Assembly (NCBI GenBank): GCA_951406725.2
Contig: OX597836.1
Location: 28,520,001 to 28,584,000, forward strand
Length of the DNA: 64,000 nt
Direction: 5' to 3'
Source of the DNA: Octopus vulgaris
Taxonomy: Eukaryota
How positions within the stretch are numbered: position 1 is the stretch's first letter; each line of letters begins with the position of its first letter. A program made the position numbers and the translations under genes. Shown here piece by piece: positions 1-12,622 of this stretch. The notes below the pieces were generated by a model, which had not been told where the DNA came from, made no database searches, and saw only the letters and a list, made by a program, of their open reading frames with translations.

Positions 1-266
1 GCAGATCTTCCGATAGAATCTCAGCAAAGACACCAGAGACCCCAGCCATGTCGACCACTTCAGCAGTTGTTACTCCCAACAGCAGTGACTTTCCCTCTTC
101 AACGAGTTCTGTTATCAGTAGTTGTAGTGATTCATCGAATACTGATGCTGTTTGGTCAAAGGCTGACTACATCAAGTTGAAGCCGCCGGGACCCTTCAAA
201 ATGGCTCCCATCCCAGATGTGACCTTCGTGTATATCGACTACATAGCTGACCCTTCTAACTTTCAT
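1..266 (+). CDS. Tudor-domain protein, internal exon (5' boundary at or before window start): Ser/Thr-rich linker then start of an extended Tudor domain (...VTFVYIDYIADPSNFH)
   Basis: Open frame from nt 3; ends at CAT|gtaagt donor (267), phase 0; V-Y-I-x-Y-I-x-D-P-x-x-F is the typical N-terminal strand of extended Tudor domains. Confidence 0.8.
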
Positions 267-492
267 GTAAGTATTCACCATTGTATTTTATTCTTCCCGT
301 CTTTTTATCTCTCACTTGCTTCAGTCGTTAGACTGTGACCAAGCTGGGGCGCTGTCTTGAATTTTTAGATGAATGAACTGAACCCCGGGTACTTATTCCA
401 TCGGTCTCGTTTTTGCTGAACTGGTGACACACCAACACCAGTTGTCAAGTGGTGGTTGGGGACAAACACAGACATAACAACACACAACATAG

Positions 493-533
<41 letters not shown>

Positions 534-793
534 CATACATACACACACACACACACAGATATATATATGGTAGACTTTCTTCAGTTTCCATCTAGTAAAT
601 CCACTCACAAGGCTTTGGTTGGCCTGAGGTTATAGTAGAAGACACTTGCCCAAAACTGCCACACACTGGGACTGAACCCAGAACTATGTGGTTGGGAAAC
701 AGGCTTCTTACCCCACAGCCATGCCTGCATCTATATTTGTTTACTTCTTTCCACACACACTTGTTTATTTTGGTGCAGTGGCTGTGGGTTTAA

Positions 794-1013
794 CCCTTTG
801 ACATTTAAACCAACCTATCCAGCTCAAATATTCTACCCAGTTTTATGTTAAAACTGGTCAGATCCAGCCTCTTACACCTGCCCTACAGTGTCACTCTAAA
901 AATATACAGTCACATCATTGAAATGTCAAAGCTACAAGATAATGCACGATTAATTCAAAATAATGCGAATAAATAAGCAATACGTTTGAGAAAGTAAAGT
1001 GAGTGCTAAAGGG
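794..1013. mobile_element. Non-autonomous piggyBac-like MITE (related copies at 12897-13158 and 33852-34069)
   Basis: TTAA-CCCTTT…AAAGGG-TTAA termini; three homologous copies in window. Confidence 0.7.
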
Positions 1014-2663
1014 TTAACATGTTGGACTACTGACCACCTGGTCATAAGTTCAAACCTTACAACAGCCACCACTGTTGTACTGTGCCCCTGAGAAAGTTCT
1101 CTTGCTCAAGCTTCACACCAGCTTCATCGTTCACTGATTGGGAATAGAAAAGAGCATCCACCCATAAAAACAGTCAGTCGATCCCATTCATGCAGGTATA
1201 AAATAGTGGAGTCATCCATCGATCAATCGATCCATCCATCTCTCTCCCACTGCTTTTGAGGTCATGGGGGTAGAGCACTCAGGCACCTCTTCCATAGGGT
1301 CTTATCAGAATGAACTGTCATAACACTTTCTGGTTGCATTCCCAAATGACCAACTATGGACATAATCCAACCATCCTAGTCTTGGCTTGCCCCTACATCA
1401 CCTGCCAGTTGGCTCAGCTTAAAGAATCCATCTTGCAATTTTTTCCTGCAACATTTTAATAACATGTCTATAGTATTAAGGCTGTGATTTCTCAATGTGG
1501 AGAAGTCCCAATTCCTGGGAGGGTCATGATAGTGAAGTCCTCAGGCCCTTCCTCCATAGGGCCCTCATCAGGTGCAACTGTCGTTAGACTTTCCAGCTGA
1601 ATTCCCAAGCATGACCAGCTGAGACCATGGACATTATCCAACCATCTCATTTCTTAAGTCTCCTACCAGTTTGCTTGGCTTGAAGAATCCATCATGCAAA
1701 TATGTCCTGTCACATTCCAATCCCATGTCCACAGCGCCAGAACTGTGACCTCCTCAATATGGAAAAGAAATGTTTTATTGTAAAGTAAAAAGCAAAAGAA
1801 AAAAAAAGCACCTCCAAAATTTATCTTTGTGATGTTGTGGCATAATGTTGATTGACATTAAGTTTCAGGGGTCAAACAAATCGCTTACTCTAACCGTGGC
1901 CCCTCTCATTAGGAAGGGACATAACTTTGATTGCCTCAACATTCGCTAACAAATTGATTTTATTCCATGGTTGATTGGTTTGGTTAATAACAACAAACAA
2001 ATCATTCAACTGTAAAGTTATATTGATGTATAAATAATCGAACACTCTGCATCTCTCCTCCTCTATTTCTACTCCTCTTCTGGCACACATCTCTCTTCAT
2101 CTTTATCCTCTCTGTCTGTTCCTCCTCTCTCTCTGTTCCTCCTCTCTCTCTCTTCTATTCCTTGGCTTCTTCCTCCAACTCCTCCCCTCCTTCATCTCTT
2201 CTCCTCCTCCTCTACCTCTCTGCCCATCTCTTCGCTTCCTCCTTCCACTGCCACTGTTATCTCTGTCCATTTCTTTTCCTCTTTGTCTTCTTTCTGTTTC
2301 CTGTCTATGTACTCCTGCTCCCCCTTCTTCCTTTGTATGTCCAAGTCTCCTCCTACTCACTTCCCTGTTCATTTCCTCTTCTCTGTCCATCTTTTCACCT
2401 CCTCCCTCTCCATCTCCTCTCTGTCCATCTCTCCACCTCTCTGTCCATCTCTTTCTCCACCTCCTCCCTATCCATCGCTTCCACCTTGGCCATCTCGCCT
2501 CCTCCTCACTGTCCATTTCCCTTCTTGTCCATTTCTCCACCTCCTCCTCCTCATTTTTGTCTCCTCCTACTCACCCACCTCCTTGTTCATCTCTCCTCCT
2601 CCTCCCCTTCTCTCTCTCTTTCAACTTTTATTTCACTTTCATTTCAAAACTTCTTTCTTCCAG

Positions 2664-2741
2664 ATTATTCCCTTTGACTTCCTGGCAGAACGAGATAATT
2701 TCACCGCCAGATTGACTGACAAGATGAAAGCCACCTCACCG
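2664..2741 (+). CDS. Tudor-domain protein exon (IIPFDFLAERDNFTARLTDKMKATSP)
   Basis: Polypyrimidine tract + cag acceptor at 2661-2663; gtcagt donor at 2742; 78 nt, phase 0-0; fits the helix preceding the Tudor core. Confidence 0.75.
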
Positions 2742-3222
2742 GTCAGTTACCACTTTTACTCATGCCCCAGCTAGAGCACCACCATCTCTTTTCTGTTTGT
2801 CTGTTTTGTTGGTCTTCTGTTTGATATTTAAAACCCTCTTCGGCCGATCATCAGCTGATGATCAATGTTTGTTTGAAACCTATGCAACTCTCTTGGTCCT
2901 CTTAGCTGTCTTCCTCTTTATTCATGAACTCGGTGTTATTTTCCAATAATCCATCTCACACACATGCACACACACCCTGGCTTCTGTGCCGGTGGCATGT
3001 AAAAAGCACCAACCGATCGTGGCAGCTGCCAGCCTCCCCTGGCACCTGTGCCGGTGGCACATAAAAAGCACCCACTACACTCACGGAGTGGTTGGCGTTA
3101 GGAAGGGCATCCAGCTGTGGAAATACTGCCAGATCAGACTGGAGCCTCCTGGCTTCCCAGACCCCAGTCGAACCGTCCAACCCATGCTAGCACGGAAAAC
3201 GGACTTTAAATGATGATGATGA

Positions 3223-3259
<37 letters not shown>

Positions 3260-4625
3260 GGTGGAGCACCACCTTTAGTCGACTTATTCTTTGTAAGTCT
3301 AGTACTTATTCTATCGGTCTCTTTTGCCAAACCGCTAAGTTCGTCAAGCGATATACATACACACATACATATATATGACGGGCTTCTTTTAGTTTCCATC
3401 TGCCAAATCCACTAAAGGCTTTGGTTGGCCTGTGGCTAAAGTAAAAGACACTTGCCTAAGGTACCACGCAGTGGGATTGAACCTGGAACCATGTGGTTCA
3501 TAGGCAAGCTACTTACCACACAGCCACTCCTATGCCTATATATATATATAAAGTAGAAAGTAATGTAAAACCATTATGGAGGATATATTATGAATAATTA
3601 AGATTATTTATGAATATATCAATGGCCAAACATGTTATCATAAAATATAAAGAAGAAAATCTTTTATAATTATGAACGTCACAATTATAACTAAGAGGGT
3701 TTCAAAACCCTTACATGTTAAAAATAGCAGTCAAAACCGCTATAAAGCCATTATGTCACTCATTATTTCTCCTCATGATAAAAGCTGTCTTTGAGCGATA
3801 TGGCAAATAGAATCCACAACTTGAAAATAACTGGTTAATCCCCTATTGCAATTTTGACGTTAGGGACCTCTTAAGGGACTCATTCATATCGTCACGGGAA
3901 ATATTCCTTTAGATAGAAATCAAAACAAGACTTTACCTTGGGGCTAACATATATATATATATATATAAGTATATCCTAGTGTGATTGTTGCCAGGGCCAC
4001 GGATTGGCTCCCGTGCTGGTAACACGTAAAGAGGACTATTCGAGTGTGATCGTTGCCAGTGTTGCCTTACTGGCACATGTGCTGGTGGCATGTCAAAAAC
4101 AACATTCAAGCGTGATTGTTGCCAGTGCCGCTGGGCTGGCTCCTGTACAGGTAGCACATAAAAAACACCTTTTGAGCGTGATTGTTGCCAGAATCGCCTG
4201 ACTGGCCCTCATGTCGGCAGCACGTAAAAGCACTCACTACACTCTCAGAGTGGTTGGCGTTAGGAAGGGCATCCAGCTGTAGAAACTCTGCCAGATCAAG
4301 ATTGGAGCCTGGTGCAGCCATCTGGCTCACCAGTCCTCAGTCAAACCGTCCAACCCATGCCAGCATGGAAAGCGGATGTTAAACGACAATGATGATGATG
4401 ATGTGTATATGTGTGTATATATCGTGTGTATTTATGTAATTATGTTGTTCATCTTTTTTTTTTCTTTTTGTTAAGACAGTTTAATTTGAGGGAAATTAGC
4501 ATGTTGAACAACTGCATAGACATTTCCTGAATGTACAAACGGTATCGGACTGAGTTTGAACCAGGGTCCTAGCACTACTCTCTCTCCTGATGCATACATG
4601 ACAGTGTTTCTCTTTTCCGTTTCAG

Positions 4626-4736
4626 CTCGTCACACTAACTGATAACGACGTTCTATTGTCACATCCGTACGTATCGAACGTTGATGATGCTTGGTATCGA
4701 GTAATCCCATCGTCAGTCTGTGAAGACGGAGGTTAT
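4626..4736 (+). CDS. Tudor-domain protein exon (LVTLTDNDVLLSHPYVSNVDDAWYRVIPSSVCEDGGY)
   Basis: tttcag acceptor, gtaagt donor at 4737, 111 nt phase 0-0; D-x-x-W-Y-R Tudor motif. Confidence 0.85.
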
Positions 4737-4855
4737 GTAAGTTACACCTGGCTGCTTGCTTTTCCTAACTTGATGATGATGGTGATAATGATGATGAGTG
4801 CAATGGTGGTGATTGCAGTGATGCTGATTGTGATGATGGTCATAATTGATATTAA

Positions 4856-6143
4856 CCCCTTAATGGATCAATTATTTTGACATGGCGTTTCATTTCTGAG
4901 CATATTTTTTAAATTTCCTTTTTTAATTATATACACTGTGTTAATTACAAAAAACAAGTTTTTTTTATCTTGTTTCCTTTATTTTTTATTATAGAAATTA
5001 AAATGTACTTTTACTCATTTGGATTTAAACGAGTTAACTTGGACATTGAAAAAAATACATATAACTTAACTATCTTCGATTTTTTTATAAGATGTATTGC
5101 TTTTAAATCAAAAGAAAATTTTTTAAAAAATGAGATAGTTATTTAGAATGATAATTTTTAAAACAAGGAGTTACACACAAAGTTATCTTGCAGACATCAC
5201 ACGTGTATCTGCTTTCTCTTCGAATCGGACAAGCAATTGATTTCGTGCCATGCACATGCATCTATCTGATTATCTTCTTTGTCACCTTCTGAAAAATTGT
5301 CAGAGTCTGAACTACACGTGTCTAATTCATCCCCAGAGCTTTCCAGATCGTGAAATGAAAAATCGCATTCGTGATCGCTGAATATATCTAAATCTTCTTC
5401 CATTTTGAGGGAAAAAAATGCGTAAATAATTCTCTTATTTGTATGTGGCTGTGTGGTAAGTAGCTTGCTAAACAACCACATGGTTCCAGGTTCAGTCCCA
5501 CTGCGTGGCATCTTGGGCAAGTGTCTTCTGCTATAGCCCCGGGCCGACCAATGCCTTGTGAGTGGATTTGGTAGACGGAAACTGAAAGAAGCCTGTCATA
5601 TATATATATATATATGTATGTGTGCGTGTTTGTGTGTCTGTGTTTGTCCCCCTAGCATTGCTTGACAACCGATGCTGGTGTGTTTACGTCCCCGTCACTT
5701 AGCGGTTCGGCAAAAGATATCGATAGAATAAGTACTGGGCTTACAAAGAATAAGTCCTGGGGTCGATTTGCTCGACTAAAGGCGGTGCTCCAGCATGGCC
5801 GCAGTCAAATGACTGAAACAAGTAAAAGAGTAAAAGAATAAAAGAGTAATCAAAACGAGACGGTTCTAAAATGACACCAACCCCCTCCTGAATCTGAGAA
5901 TGCACTGAAGTAAAAATGCAAAACTCAGAAGCATAAATTCTTTGAAATGGCGCCAGAATATGTGCTGCCAGGCGTACGACAACGCGAGTAAATTCGTGAT
6001 TGCTCAAAAATGAAACGACACAAAACAAATAAACTCGTTTGAGTGCTAAAATTAAAAGTTAATTTTGACTGAGTATACTCGTCTGGTTTTTAAAAATATT
6101 CATTTACGATGCACGAGTAAACTCTGGATAATCCATTAAAGGA
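4856..6143 (-). mobile_element. Deleted piggyBac-like element with nested SINE
   Basis: TTAA TSD; TIRs CCCCTTAATGGAT / ATCCATTAAAGGA; acidic ORF fragment MEEDLDIFSDHE…W at about 5200-5404 (-), as in piggyBac N-termini; SINE at about 5445-5840. Confidence 0.65.
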
Positions 6144-6326
6144 TTAATGATGATGGTGATGAATGCAGTGTTGATGATTATGATTGTGGTGGTGATGATG
6201 ATGAATGCAGTGTTGATGATTATGATTGTGGTGGTGATGATTGCAATGATGATGGTGATGAAAGTGACAATGGTGGCTCTAATAATGGTAGTTCTCTCTC
6301 TCTCTCTCAATTCCTCTTCCTTCCAG

Positions 6327-6441
6327 TTTGTCTGGTATGCTGATTATGGTGGATATGATTTTGAATGTACAGAAAACCTGAAGCCCCTTCCGGAAGAATT
6401 TTGGGATCTTCCCTATCAGTCTGTTACATGTAAATTAAACA
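6327..6441 (+). CDS. Tudor-domain protein exon (FVWYADYGGYDFECTENLKPLPEEFWDLPYQSVTCKLN)
   Basis: ttccag acceptor, gtaagt donor at 6442, phase 0-1; Y-x-D-Y-G and L-x-P-L-P-x-x-F-x-x-L-P-x-Q-x-x-x-C-x-L extended-Tudor motifs. Confidence 0.9.
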
Positions 6442-6519
6442 GTAAGTAATTTTTTCCCCCCTTTTATTCTTGTTTTATATGTTTGCACAGGCATGGCTGT
6501 GTGGTAAGAAGCTTCCTTC

Positions 6520-7031
6520 CCTAAAGGGAGCACCTTTAGCCTGTACACAGGATCCTGAATGGCCTCAACAGATAGCTGTGGAGGTCATAACGTTGTCCGT
6601 GATGAATAGGCTGAAGGGACTCAAAGAGGAATATCGCTTGTACCCAGGCGACGCCGACATGGCACCCACTTTGTTCTTGAATGAGGCATGGGTGATGGCG
6701 GAGTATGCGGGCACAAGCGATGTTGAGGAGGAATAGTGATAAGAGGTTGAAAACCCTCAGTGTTATTGAAATTTCCAAGGTTGGAAAGAAAGGTAAGAGG
6801 CTTAGCACCTCATTTTGTTATTGAATTTTCTTATTGAATATTGTGAACAGTGTAGAGGTTTGTTGCCTCATGAACAATATACAAGAGATCATTGTTCTTG
6901 GGAAAAATCAATCAGCAGGCGTCATTTTTTCCCCCATTAATCATCATTTTCATTTCATATAACATTACGTCTATGTCCAGCCCACAGCTTCCTTTCTCTG
7001 TGTAAGGCCTTATGGCCAATATAATGAAATA
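6520..7031 (+). mobile_element. 5'-truncated retroelement (LINE-like 3' end) inserted into a SINE
   Basis: 14-bp TSD aagaagcttccttc at 6506-6519 and 7032-7045; ORF remnant ending at 6736 then UTR-like sequence with A-rich tail. Confidence 0.65.
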
Positions 7032-7564
7032 AAGAAGCTTCCTTCTCAACCACATGGTTCTGGGTTCAGTCCCACTATGTGTCACCTTGGCAGTCCCACT
7101 GCATGTAACCTTGAGCAGACCAAAGCCTTGTGAGTGGATCTGGTAGATGGAAACTGAAAGAAGCCCATTGTATACATATTATAGATATATATATACATAC
7201 ATATATATATATATATGTATATTTATGTGTGCCCCCACCATCGCTTGACAACCGATGTTGGTGTGTTTACGTCCCTGTAACTTAGCGTTTTGGCAAAAGA
7301 GACTGATAGGATATGTACTAGGCTTACAAAGAATAAGTCCTGGGGTTAATTTGTTTGATTAAAGGTGGTGCTCCAGCATGGCTGAAACAAGTAAAAGAAC
7401 AAAAGAATGGCTAGAAGCATTGATGGGTAAGATGGTGGTGGTGATAAAGCAAAACGCAGCCTAGCAGTCTTGACCACTGGTCAGCTAACAGTCTTGTTCA
7501 CTCATTGCCCTCTCTGATTCTTCAATCTTCACTCCCTCATAATGTTTTTAATCTCTTCTTTCAG

Positions 7565-7809
7565 ATTTTATTCCAAAGAGGGGCGATACGTGGTCAGAAG
7601 CAGCAAAATATAAGTTTTTGGAATTGGCCAACAACAAGTGCTTCGCTTGCATTGTCAAAGACACATCGACGGCAACAGACTCTGGATCAGCATCAGTGCC
7701 AGGGACGGAGAGTGCGATTCCTGTTGTGTTGATTGATACCTGTGGGGAAGAAGACGTCTGCATTGATGAGGTCTTGCTTGCCTTCGGCTATGGCCAGTAT
7801 AAGTCGTAG
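7565..7809 (+). CDS. Tudor-domain protein last coding exon (FIPKRGDTWSEAAKYKFLELANNK...VVLIDTCGEEDVCIDEVLLAFGYGQYKS*); TDRD5/TDRD7-like
   Basis: tttcag acceptor in phase 1 matching the previous donor; W-S-x-x-A-x-x-x-F and L-I-D-T...D-V-x-I-x-x-x-L motifs of the SN-like half of extended Tudor domains; TAG at 7807-7809. Confidence 0.85.
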
Positions 7810-8054
7810 CGAGGTGTTTGCTACCAGGATGGGGTTTGTCGGAGAGCAGACTTGCTGTAGTAGTAGGAGTTGTTGTTGATGACGACGATGATGATGATGA
7901 TTATAGTGACAACAGTGAGATAGCTACTATTACCATCACCACCATCACTACCATTGCATCAATCAGTTAACTGCTGTTAATACACTATCAGTTTGTATAA
8001 CAAATATTTTTGTGGTAATGTTCTATATGTAAAAGCCCATGTGCACATATGTAA

Positions 8055-8098
<44 letters not shown>

Positions 8099-9602
8099 TC
8101 TTTAAGGTGGTGCCCCAGCATGACCGCAGTCTAATGACTGAAACAAGTAAAAGGTAAAATGTGTGTGTGTAGACAAGTATATATGTGTATATAGATGTTT
8201 GTGTGTAACATAGATATCCATATCTATGTCTCTCTCTCATATGTATAATTGTGTGCGTGTGTATATGTTTGTGTAAATACTGTGTGTGTGTGATTCTGTA
8301 AGTGTGTGTGGATGGAGGTGTGTGTATATGTATATATTTGTGAGTTCAGATAAGTACGTGTGTTATACAGGAGAAGAATCACCTGATGTTTTGGGGGCTG
8401 TCCCCCACACCTGCCTCATCTGGAACAGAAAAGCCATTTTCACAACATGTCCATATATGTACCTGTGCACATATATGTATGCCTGTATATGTATGTGAAA
8501 TGAGGGTGTGCGGCTTAGTGGTTAGAATGTTGGAGTAAGATTGTGGTTTCAATTCCTGGACCAGGTGATGTGTGGTGTTCTTGAGCAAGACACTTCATTT
8601 TACATTGCTCTAGTCCACTCAGCTGGCAAAAGTGAATAATCCTGCAACAAGCTTGAATCCTGTCTGGTGTGGAGTATATATTCCACAGAAGCTGGGAAAC
8701 CGGCTCTCAGTCTATATGACTTAGGGAAGGAACTATATATATATATATATATAGGTAATTTGTAAGGGATATCTTCAAACGTTTACCAGTTTGCTCGCAG
8801 TTAGGTATTCAAAATAAGTTATTCAACGGTTATATAAACCCAGCAATAATTCTCATGTGATAAGAATTTAGAGATATATTCCGTTGGATTATTCTGAATA
8901 TATTACCTTTGGTTTCATACATACACACATATGTGTGTGTGTGTCTGTGTGTGAAACCAAAGATACACCTCTGCTATGTATATATACACACACACACACA
9001 ATCCTGCTTTTATTTCTGTTGTTTGTTTGTTCTTGGCAGTGGTGGTGGTGTTTTGATGGTGGTATTATGTATGTGGTGTAGAAGAGATGAGAAAATCCAA
9101 AAGACAACTCTAAAAAATTCTATAAAGGAAGGTAACCTTATGAAAAAAAAAAAAATTTTTTTTTTGTATAAATTGAATTAAAAATGACTTTTACTTTTTT
9201 TTAATGTATTTTTTTTTAAATGTCTGTTTTTAATGTTTTTTTGTTTTTGTTATTTTTTTTTTAAAAAAAAGAACACTGAAACAGAGCATTTCATGTTACC
9301 TTTAGGAATAATTTTTTAAAAATTACCATTATTTTATTACAAGTATTATTATTATTATTATTATTATTATATGAAGTTTTGATGTAGCTCTTCATGAAGG
9401 TGATATACACAGTAAGAAGACTGCAATGCAATATGTAAATGAGATACGTATGTACCCTGTTTATTTGAACTGAACAGTATTTCAACAGTATGTCTGTCTG
9501 TTCGTCTTCAGGTTCAAACCTACTGTCAAAATATTGTATAGTTCAGTAAGCAGAAAGTCAATCTGTATTTTATTCCATATTGTATTGTACTCTTCATATT
9601 GT

Positions 9603-9634
<32 letters not shown>

Positions 9635-11933
9635 TTCATTTAGGTAGTGAGCCGGCACAATTGTTAGCATTCTGGGTGAAATGCTACTAGCATTTCTTCT
9701 GCTTTTACATTCTGAGTTCAAATTCTGCTGAGGTTTATTTTGCCTCTCATCTTTTCGGCGGGGTCAATAAACTGTAAAGTAACAGTTTGAGCACTGGAGG
9801 GGGGGGGTCGATGTAATTGATTGGCTCCCCACCTCCCCTCAAATTTCAGCATATTGTCGTAAGGGCAATGAATTGGTGGAATCATAGTCTGATGAAATAC
9901 CTTGTGATGTTTGTTGTCAGTCTGTTACATTCCGAGTTCAAATCCTGCTGAGGTTGATGTTACCAAATACCCACCACTAATTTTTCTTAAGGGCAGTGGA
10001 GGGCTGGTGATACTCGCTTCTCCCTCCCATTGGTGAAATAATTCCTATTACTATGGGTGCAGGACCTGAAATCTTAGGGGATGGGGTGAGTTAAACTACA
10101 TTGACCACAGTGTTCAACTACTAATCTTGTTATCCACCCCAAAAGGACGAAAGTCAATAGATAACCATGGCAGAATTTGAACTCCGAATGTGAAGCTAGA
10201 AAAAATGCCCTGGCGTGCTACCAATTCTGCCAGCTCACCGCCTTTGGCGAAATAATTGTTTTAAATTTTCAGCACTAGGCCTGTAGATTTGAAGGAAGGA
10301 GTGAGTCAATTACATTGACCCCAGTACTTGACTGGTACTTATTTTATTGACCCCAAAAGGATGAAAGGCAGAATTTGAAATCTGAATACAAAACCCGGAT
10401 GAAATGCTGCCAAGGACTTTATCTGGTGCAGTAACAATTCTGCTGGTTCACCATCTTAGGTGAAATAATGCAAACAGAATTGAAACTGGGGATTCACCCA
10501 AACCCCACATTTTGTATTCTGGTATATTCCTATTTATTAAATTAAATACATTGTTTGGCTAAATTAAACTTGAACAGTGAGAACATTCTTCGTATTTCAA
10601 AGTACCACATATGCTGGTGTATAAGACCTGATTGTTTTAATTCTTAAATATAACAAAAAAAAAAATTGCCATAAATCTAATGTGACTGTATTATAGATGG
10701 GATATAGAGTGTTTGAGTGTATATAAATTTCTTTTTTCTATTAAAAAAGATGGGGTTTGTCTTGTGTGTGTGTATGTGTGTCTTATACACCAGCAAATAA
10801 ATATAGCAAGTGAATCCTGCTGAAACTGTGAGTGTTGAAAAAAAACTCGGATTTATTTTCTCTAACTCCTGCCCTTTCTCTTTCATTTATTGTTGTTTGC
10901 AGGTTTCACTCACCTTTAAAGTATCATCAGCTGTTTCTACTTTGAAACAGCTGTTGACAACAAAATTTCTAGACCTGATGATGATACAAGTAACATATTT
11001 TATTGAATTTCCTGACATCTTTTGTAGTTTGAGTTTAATTTCCACCCCCATCCCCCACTCCTGTCCCAAGTTGGTTTTGCTTTTTTTCCATCCTGAGAAT
11101 CAAAAAAATATATAAATACTAGTCAACCACTGGGGTTCAGTACTAATCAACTATACCTCCTACCTTCCAAATTTTTATGGCCTTATGCCAACCATAAGAA
11201 ATAATTTTATATTTTCAGTTTATTTTTCACATATATACACATATATATATATATATATATACATACATCTACATACATATATATATGCACACACACTTAT
11301 AAACACGTATATTTATAAATATATACACACATACATGCATACATATAAATATACATTTGTATATTATATAAAATATTTTCAACCAGATAACAAAATATTG
11401 TATAATAATATATAATCTAAAAAAAATGTTCAAAATAAAAATACAAAAAAACTATTGTAAAGATTTCTAAGACCTGTATCTGTGAGTATGTTTTTCTTTC
11501 CTTTTAGTTTCATTTCTGTTGATATGTCTCTTCCATTTGTTGCAATTATTGCTGATATTGTTGTGGCTGTGTGGTAAGAAGTTTGCTTCCCATGCACATG
11601 GTCCCAGGTTCAGTCCCACTGCAGGGTCTTGTGGGGGAAAGAGTCTTCTACTCTAGCTTCAGGTAGACTAAAGCCTTCAGAGTAGAATTGGTTGACAGAA
11701 ACTGAAAGAAGTCCGTGTGTGTGATTGTGATTGTCTCTCAGGACCAATATTACACCCTTTGTTGGTTTGTTTACATCTCCATAACTTAGCAGTTCTGAAA
11801 AAGAGACTGATAGAATAAGCATCAGGCCTTCAAAAATACCTGGGTCAATCCGTTTAACTAAAACCCTTCAAGGTGGTGCCCCAGCATGGCCATAGTCCAT
11901 TACAACAGAACAGTTGTTTATTGTTCCATTGTA

Positions 11934-12622
11934 CAGGGTCAGGCAAAATGATCTGACACATTTGTAGGTTAAATAAAAGGCAAATGAAGTAAAGAAACAA
12001 AAAAGTGTTTTTATTTTTGAAAAGTACATATAATGCCATTTTGTTTCATTATGTTTTAAAAATTAAATCAGTCAAATGGGATCCATTATTGTCCACACAC
12101 TGTCGAAGGCGTTCACGAAAGTTGTCAATAACTCGGCGGGTTATTTCATGTGGAATGGCAGTAATTTCTTGACGAATTGCATCTTTAGTTGTTCAATAGA
12201 TCGTGCGATGGGGATTTTGAGGAATATGTTCCCTGGTCATTTGATCTCATTGCGTGGTGACATCGGTTGGCCCGCCTGTTCACCTGATTTAAATCTGTGC
12301 GATTTTTTTCTCTGGGGATACCTCAAGTCAAAGGTATACATTAATCGCCCTCGATCTATTGAACAACTTAAAGATGCAATTCGTCAAGAAATTACTGCCA
12401 TTCCACATGAAATGACCCGCCGAGTTATTGACAACTTTCGCGAATGCCTTCGACAGTGTGTGGACAATAATGGATCCCATTTGACTGATTTAATTTTTAA
12501 AACATAATGAAACAAAATGGCATTATATGTACTTTTCAAAAACAAAAACACTTTTTTGTTTCTTTACTTCATTTGCCTTTTATTTAACCTACAAATGTGT
12601 CAGATCATTTTGCCTGACCCTG
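11934..12622. mobile_element. Fold-back Tc1/mariner derivative with ~270-bp inverted arms
   Basis: TA TSD; CAGGGTCAGGC termini; transposase C-terminus WPACSPDLNLCDFFLWGYLKSKVY (ORF ends 12507). Confidence 0.9.

Noticed and set aside
2050-2640. Long ORFs in pyrimidine-rich, (TA)n/(CA)n, (GAT)n and (AAAAT)n tracts (also 22450-23100, 38000-38500, 54370-55510, 62100-62560)
   Set aside because: Low-complexity microsatellite translations with no domain motifs or splice support
12076-12507. 143-aa ORF as a functional transposase gene
   Set aside because: Only the C-terminal part is present; the N-terminal part is the antisense inverted arm
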